24,000 nucleotides of DNA from Caulobacterales bacterium (GTDB lineage: Bacteria; Pseudomonadota; Alphaproteobacteria; Caulobacterales; Caulobacteraceae): NCBI GenBank assembly GCA_038226305.1, contig JBBRQN010000010.1:1-24000 (forward strand), given 5' to 3'. This document shows positions 20,874-24,000 of this stretch, in pieces; position 1 is the first letter of the stretch; every line of letters begins with the position of its first letter. Under the pieces are notes generated by a model. The model saw only the letters and a list, made by a program, of their open reading frames with translations, was not told where the DNA came from and searched no databases. A program made the translations under genes and the position numbers.

Positions 20874-22069
20874 CGATGCGCGATAGCCGAGGCGGGGGCC
20901 AGTTGATAGCCCCGGCCCGCCAGCCCCGCCGCCCAGCGCGATACCTGACCCACCGTCACCGGGTAGGCGAACCCCATCCCCAGCGACTGCCCCTTGGAGA
21001 GCGCCGAAGCCTCCAGCGCGGTGAGCTGGCGGTCTATGGCGTCGGAGCTCAGGTCCTGATCGACGATGGTGTCGGCGCTGGCGCGCATCGGCCCCTGCGC
21101 CGCCGTGCTGCGGCGGGCCGAGCCGTCGTCGAGGAAGCCGACGCCTCGAGCCTTCAACGCCGCCGCGAACGATCCCATCGCAGGCTCCGTCTGCAGGAAG
21201 CGGCCGCCCAGATAGTTGGTCACCGCGAAGTAGCCGGCGCCCCGGCTGAGCAGCCAGTCCAGACGGCGGCTGAACTCGGCGGGCTGGCCCTGAGCCATCA
21301 GGGTGTAGGGGCCGGGGTCGTTGTTGGGATAGTCGATGGGCTCCATCGGAATCTCGAGGATCACCTCGTGACCGGCGGCCCGGGCCATGTCGATCCAGCC
21401 CTGCAGGCCGTCGGCATAGGGCACGAAGGAGAGGCTGATCTCGGGCGGCAGGCGCTCGATGGCAGCCTTGGTGGCTACGGCGTTCAAGCCCAGCCCGCCG
21501 ACGATCAGAGCCACCTTGGGCTTGCCGTTGCTGGCGAAGGGGCGGGCATAGGCCCCGAAGGGCGTGCGGCCGTCCTTGGCGATGATGGGCAGGGGGCCGC
21601 CCGGCCCGGGCTGGCTGAGCCCCGTCAGGGGGGCCGCCACGAGGGGCGGGCTCTTCGGCTGGAGCGGGGCTGTTGCGGTCGGCGGGCCGCCATCGGGGCC
21701 ATGCGCCCCGTTGATGCGGCCGCCCTGGGGCAGGGTGATCGTCGCCTGGCCGGGGGCGCCCGGCATCGCCACGTCAGCGCCCAACGGCAGGCTGTCCAGC
21801 GTGGGAGCGGCCGTCGGGTCCACGCCGGTGCGCAGGGGAGTGGGGTCGAGCTTGGCCGCCGGGGCCAGGCGCACCCGCACCGAGGGTGCGCCCGCGTGCG
21901 AATCGCTGGTGACGATGATCAGGGTGGCCGCAGCCACCAGAAACAGCCCCGCCGCCGCGCCCGCAGAGACGAAGGGGTTGGCCGCCAGCTTCAGCGCGCG
22001 CGCCATCGCCTCGCCCTGCCCGGCGGGGGCGGCGTTGGCGGTCGCGGCAGAGGGCGGACGAGCGAACAT
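20870..22069 (-). CDS. Divergent polysaccharide deacetylase family protein (YibQ-like), membrane-anchored
   Basis: 399 aa. It has an N-terminal TM anchor (AAAGLFLVAAATLIIV), a Pro/Ala-rich linker and a C-terminal domain with ALIVGGLGLN...SLSFVPYA...HEVILEIPMEP...YFAVTNYLGGRF, typical of this family. Confidence 0.8.
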   Translation of the reverse strand: MFARPPSAATANAAPAGQGEAMARALKLAANPFVSAGAAAGLFLVAAATLIIVTSDSHAGAPSVRVRLAPAAKLDPTPLRTGVDPTAAPTLDSLPLGADVAMPGAPGQATITLPQGGRINGAHGPDGGPPTATAPLQPKSPPLVAAPLTGLSQPGPGGPLPIIAKDGRTPFGAYARPFASNGKPKVALIVGGLGLNAVATKAAIERLPPEISLSFVPYADGLQGWIDMARAAGHEVILEIPMEPIDYPNNDPGPYTLMAQGQPAEFSRRLDWLLSRGAGYFAVTNYLGGRFLQTEPAMGSFAAALKARGVGFLDDGSARRSTAAQGPMRASADTIVDQDLSSDAIDRQLTALEASALSKGQSLGMGFAYPVTVGQVSRWAAGLAGRGYQLAPASAIAHR

Positions 22070-22132
22070 GATCGCACCGACGTTGCCGCCAACGTGGTTA
22101 AGGCGCGGTCAACACCGGTCTTGGCGCGTGGC

Positions 22133-23644
22133 CTACTTCCGGCTGGGCGCGACCTTCTCGACAGGGGTAGCCGCCACGGCGGACCCTGGGGCCACGGGCG
22201 CTGTGTTCATGGCGAAGGTTGAGACCGGCTTCTTGAACATGTCGGCCGGCCGGGCCGCCACAGTCTGCGCCACGCCGCCGTAGTGCAGCACGTCGAGGGC
22301 GCGCTTCAGCTGGAAGTCCTCATCCGGGCGGTCGATCTCTCCGGGCACGATCACCGAATCCGGGCCGCGCAGGCGCACCTTCTTGCCATTGGCGTCCTTC
22401 TTCTCGGACGGGTCTTCGGCAGCAGGCGGCACCTCGATGTTGGCCAGCTGGGTGCGCTTGCGACCCTCCTGGCTGTCGAGGGCGTTCTTGTAGGAGGCCT
22501 CGGAGAAGTCCACCGCTTGATCGGTGATCAGCTGCGCCTCCTCCCGCGAGCGGGCGACGGACAAGTCGGGGGTGATCCCGGTCTTCTGGATCGAGCCGCC
22601 GGAGGGCGTGTAGTACTTGGCGGTGGTGAGTTTCAGCGCACCGTCCGCCCCGCCGCGCAGGGGCAGCACGGTTTGCACCGAGCCCTTGCCGAAGCTGGTC
22701 AAGCCCACGATCGTGGCCCGTCCGCGATCCTTCAGGGCGCCCGCCACAATCTCCGCCGCCGATGCCGAGCCGTAGTTCACGAGCACGACCACGGGTGTGC
22801 CGCGGATCAGGTCGCCCTGCGGCTTGGCGTTGTAGCGCTGGATGTCGCGGGCATCGCGGCCGCGCTGGCTGACCACCTCGCCCCCGTCGAGGAAGGCGGA
22901 GGAGACCTCGACGGCCGTGTCCACCAGCCCGCCGGGGTTGTTGCGCAGGTCGAGCACGAGGCCCTTCATCTTGGGCAGCTTGGCCTTGAGATCCTTCAGG
23001 GCGGCCGAGGTGTCCTTGCCGGTGTTCTCGTCGAAGCCGGAGACGCGCAGATAGCCCACGTCGCCTTCCACGTGATGCGAGACGGTGTGCAGGGCGATCA
23101 CCTCGCGGGTGAGCTTCACGGTGAACGGATCGGCCTTGTCGCGCGCGATCGTCAGCGACACCGCGGTGCCCACGGCCCCCCGCATGGCCTTCACCGCCTC
23201 GTTGGACGACTGGCCGAGGATCGACTGGCCATCCACCGCGGTGATGTAGTCTCCGGCGCGCAGGCCGGCCTTGGCGGCGGGGGTGCCATCCATCGGGGAG
23301 ACGATCTTGATCGCCCCGTCCTCGCCCTGGATCACGAGGCCGAGTCCGCCGTAGTCGCCGCGGGTCTGGTCCTGCATGTCGGAGAAGTTCGCGGGGTCGA
23401 GGTAGCCTGAGTGCGGATCGAGCGAGGTGAGCATGCCGTCGATGGCGGCCTGGATCAGCTTCTTGTCCGAGACCGGGCTCACGTAGTCGCGCTTCACCGT
23501 GGTGAGCACGTCGCCGAACAGCTCCAGCATCTTGTAGGTCTCGGCCTTGGAGCCGGACTGGGCGTCGGCATAGGCGCCGAGCCCAACCGCCGACGCGGCC
23601 CCGAGCGCGAAGGTGGAGATGCCGATCAGGAGGAACTTACGCAT
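22133..23644 (-). CDS. ctpA: S41-family carboxy-terminal processing peptidase
   Basis: 503 aa. It has a signal peptide, a PDZ segment (SPMDGTPAAKAGLRAGDYITAVDG), LDLRNNPGGL, the catalytic Ser region GSASAAEI and the Lys region FGKGSVQ. There is a roughly 50-aa C-terminal extension. Confidence 0.92.
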   Translation of the reverse strand: MRKFLLIGISTFALGAASAVGLGAYADAQSGSKAETYKMLELFGDVLTTVKRDYVSPVSDKKLIQAAIDGMLTSLDPHSGYLDPANFSDMQDQTRGDYGGLGLVIQGEDGAIKIVSPMDGTPAAKAGLRAGDYITAVDGQSILGQSSNEAVKAMRGAVGTAVSLTIARDKADPFTVKLTREVIALHTVSHHVEGDVGYLRVSGFDENTGKDTSAALKDLKAKLPKMKGLVLDLRNNPGGLVDTAVEVSSAFLDGGEVVSQRGRDARDIQRYNAKPQGDLIRGTPVVVLVNYGSASAAEIVAGALKDRGRATIVGLTSFGKGSVQTVLPLRGGADGALKLTTAKYYTPSGGSIQKTGITPDLSVARSREEAQLITDQAVDFSEASYKNALDSQEGRKRTQLANIEVPPAAEDPSEKKDANGKKVRLRGPDSVIVPGEIDRPDEDFQLKRALDVLHYGGVAQTVAARPADMFKKPVSTFAMNTAPVAPGSAVAATPVEKVAPSRK

Positions 23645-23792
23645 TCAGACCTCGCGCGGACGTGGCCCTGAAACTCAGGACGCAGACCGTTCAGCCTCAA
23701 GGTTGCGGCCAACGTGGGGCCATGCAAGCCCCAAGCTGACATAAACCGCAACGGCGCTTCACTGGGCCGCGCCCGACCGGCCGATTTTGCGC

Positions 23793-24000
23793 TCAGCCCG
23801 GGTCCAGCCGGGGGCGCAGCAGATAGGGGTTGGGGTCCACCGGGTTCGAGCCCCGGCGCAGCTCGAGATAAAGCTCAGGCGTCGGTTTGGCGCGGGGCGA
23901 CATGCGTCCCAGCGGCGCCCCCGCCCGCACCTGCGCGCCGGGGGCGAGGTCCGCGTTCTGCATGCCGGCGACCACCGTGCGCCAGCCATCGGGCCGCAAG
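23793..24000 (-). CDS. M23-family peptidase / murein hydrolase activator (EnvC-like), C-terminal fragment; gene continues past the right edge
   Basis: The C-terminal sequence ...VVAGMQNADLAPGAQVRAGAPLGRMS....PELYLELRRGSNPVDPNPYL matches the end of LytM/M23 domains. Its position upstream of ctpA is the conserved alphaproteobacterial arrangement. Confidence 0.7.
   Translation of the reverse strand, partial: LRPDGWRTVVAGMQNADLAPGAQVRAGAPLGRMSPRAKPTPELYLELRRGSNPVDPNPYLLRPRLDPG

Overview
High-GC (roughly two-thirds G+C by eye) chromosomal window that looks alphaproteobacterial. The F1-only atpHAGDC operon, the xerC-DUF484-tal/priA block and the M23-ctpA-deacetylase-rppH block fit that; the exact taxon cannot be determined from the sequence. 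Coding density is very high, with many start/stop overlaps (GTGA, TGATG, TAATG). Left to right: the 5' part of an IS5-family element with an A6G -1 frameshift site, running off the left edge; a VIT1/CCC1 metal transporter; a four-gene cyanide-insensitive-type cytochrome bd operon (GbsR-like regulator, subunit I, subunit II, DUF2474-like micro-protein); xerC with its DUF484 partner; a small transaldolase; priA; a standalone EAL protein; a coupled operon of a Tat-exported tandem-retropepsin/PDZ protease, TerC and a DHA2 MFS pump; atpHAGDC followed by two coupled small envelope proteins; an alpha/beta hydrolase; rppH; a YibQ-like divergent polysaccharide deacetylase; ctpA; and the 3' end of an M23 peptidase gene. 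I saw no rRNA, tRNA or CRISPR array, and no recognisable defence, toxin-antitoxin or phage module. Most of the window is conserved housekeeping. The best candidates for uncharacterised biology are the protease-TerC-MFS operon, the 87-aa ATP synthase epsilon lacking its C-terminal helical domain, and the two unknown genes coupled to atpC. None is demonstrably a new system on sequence alone.
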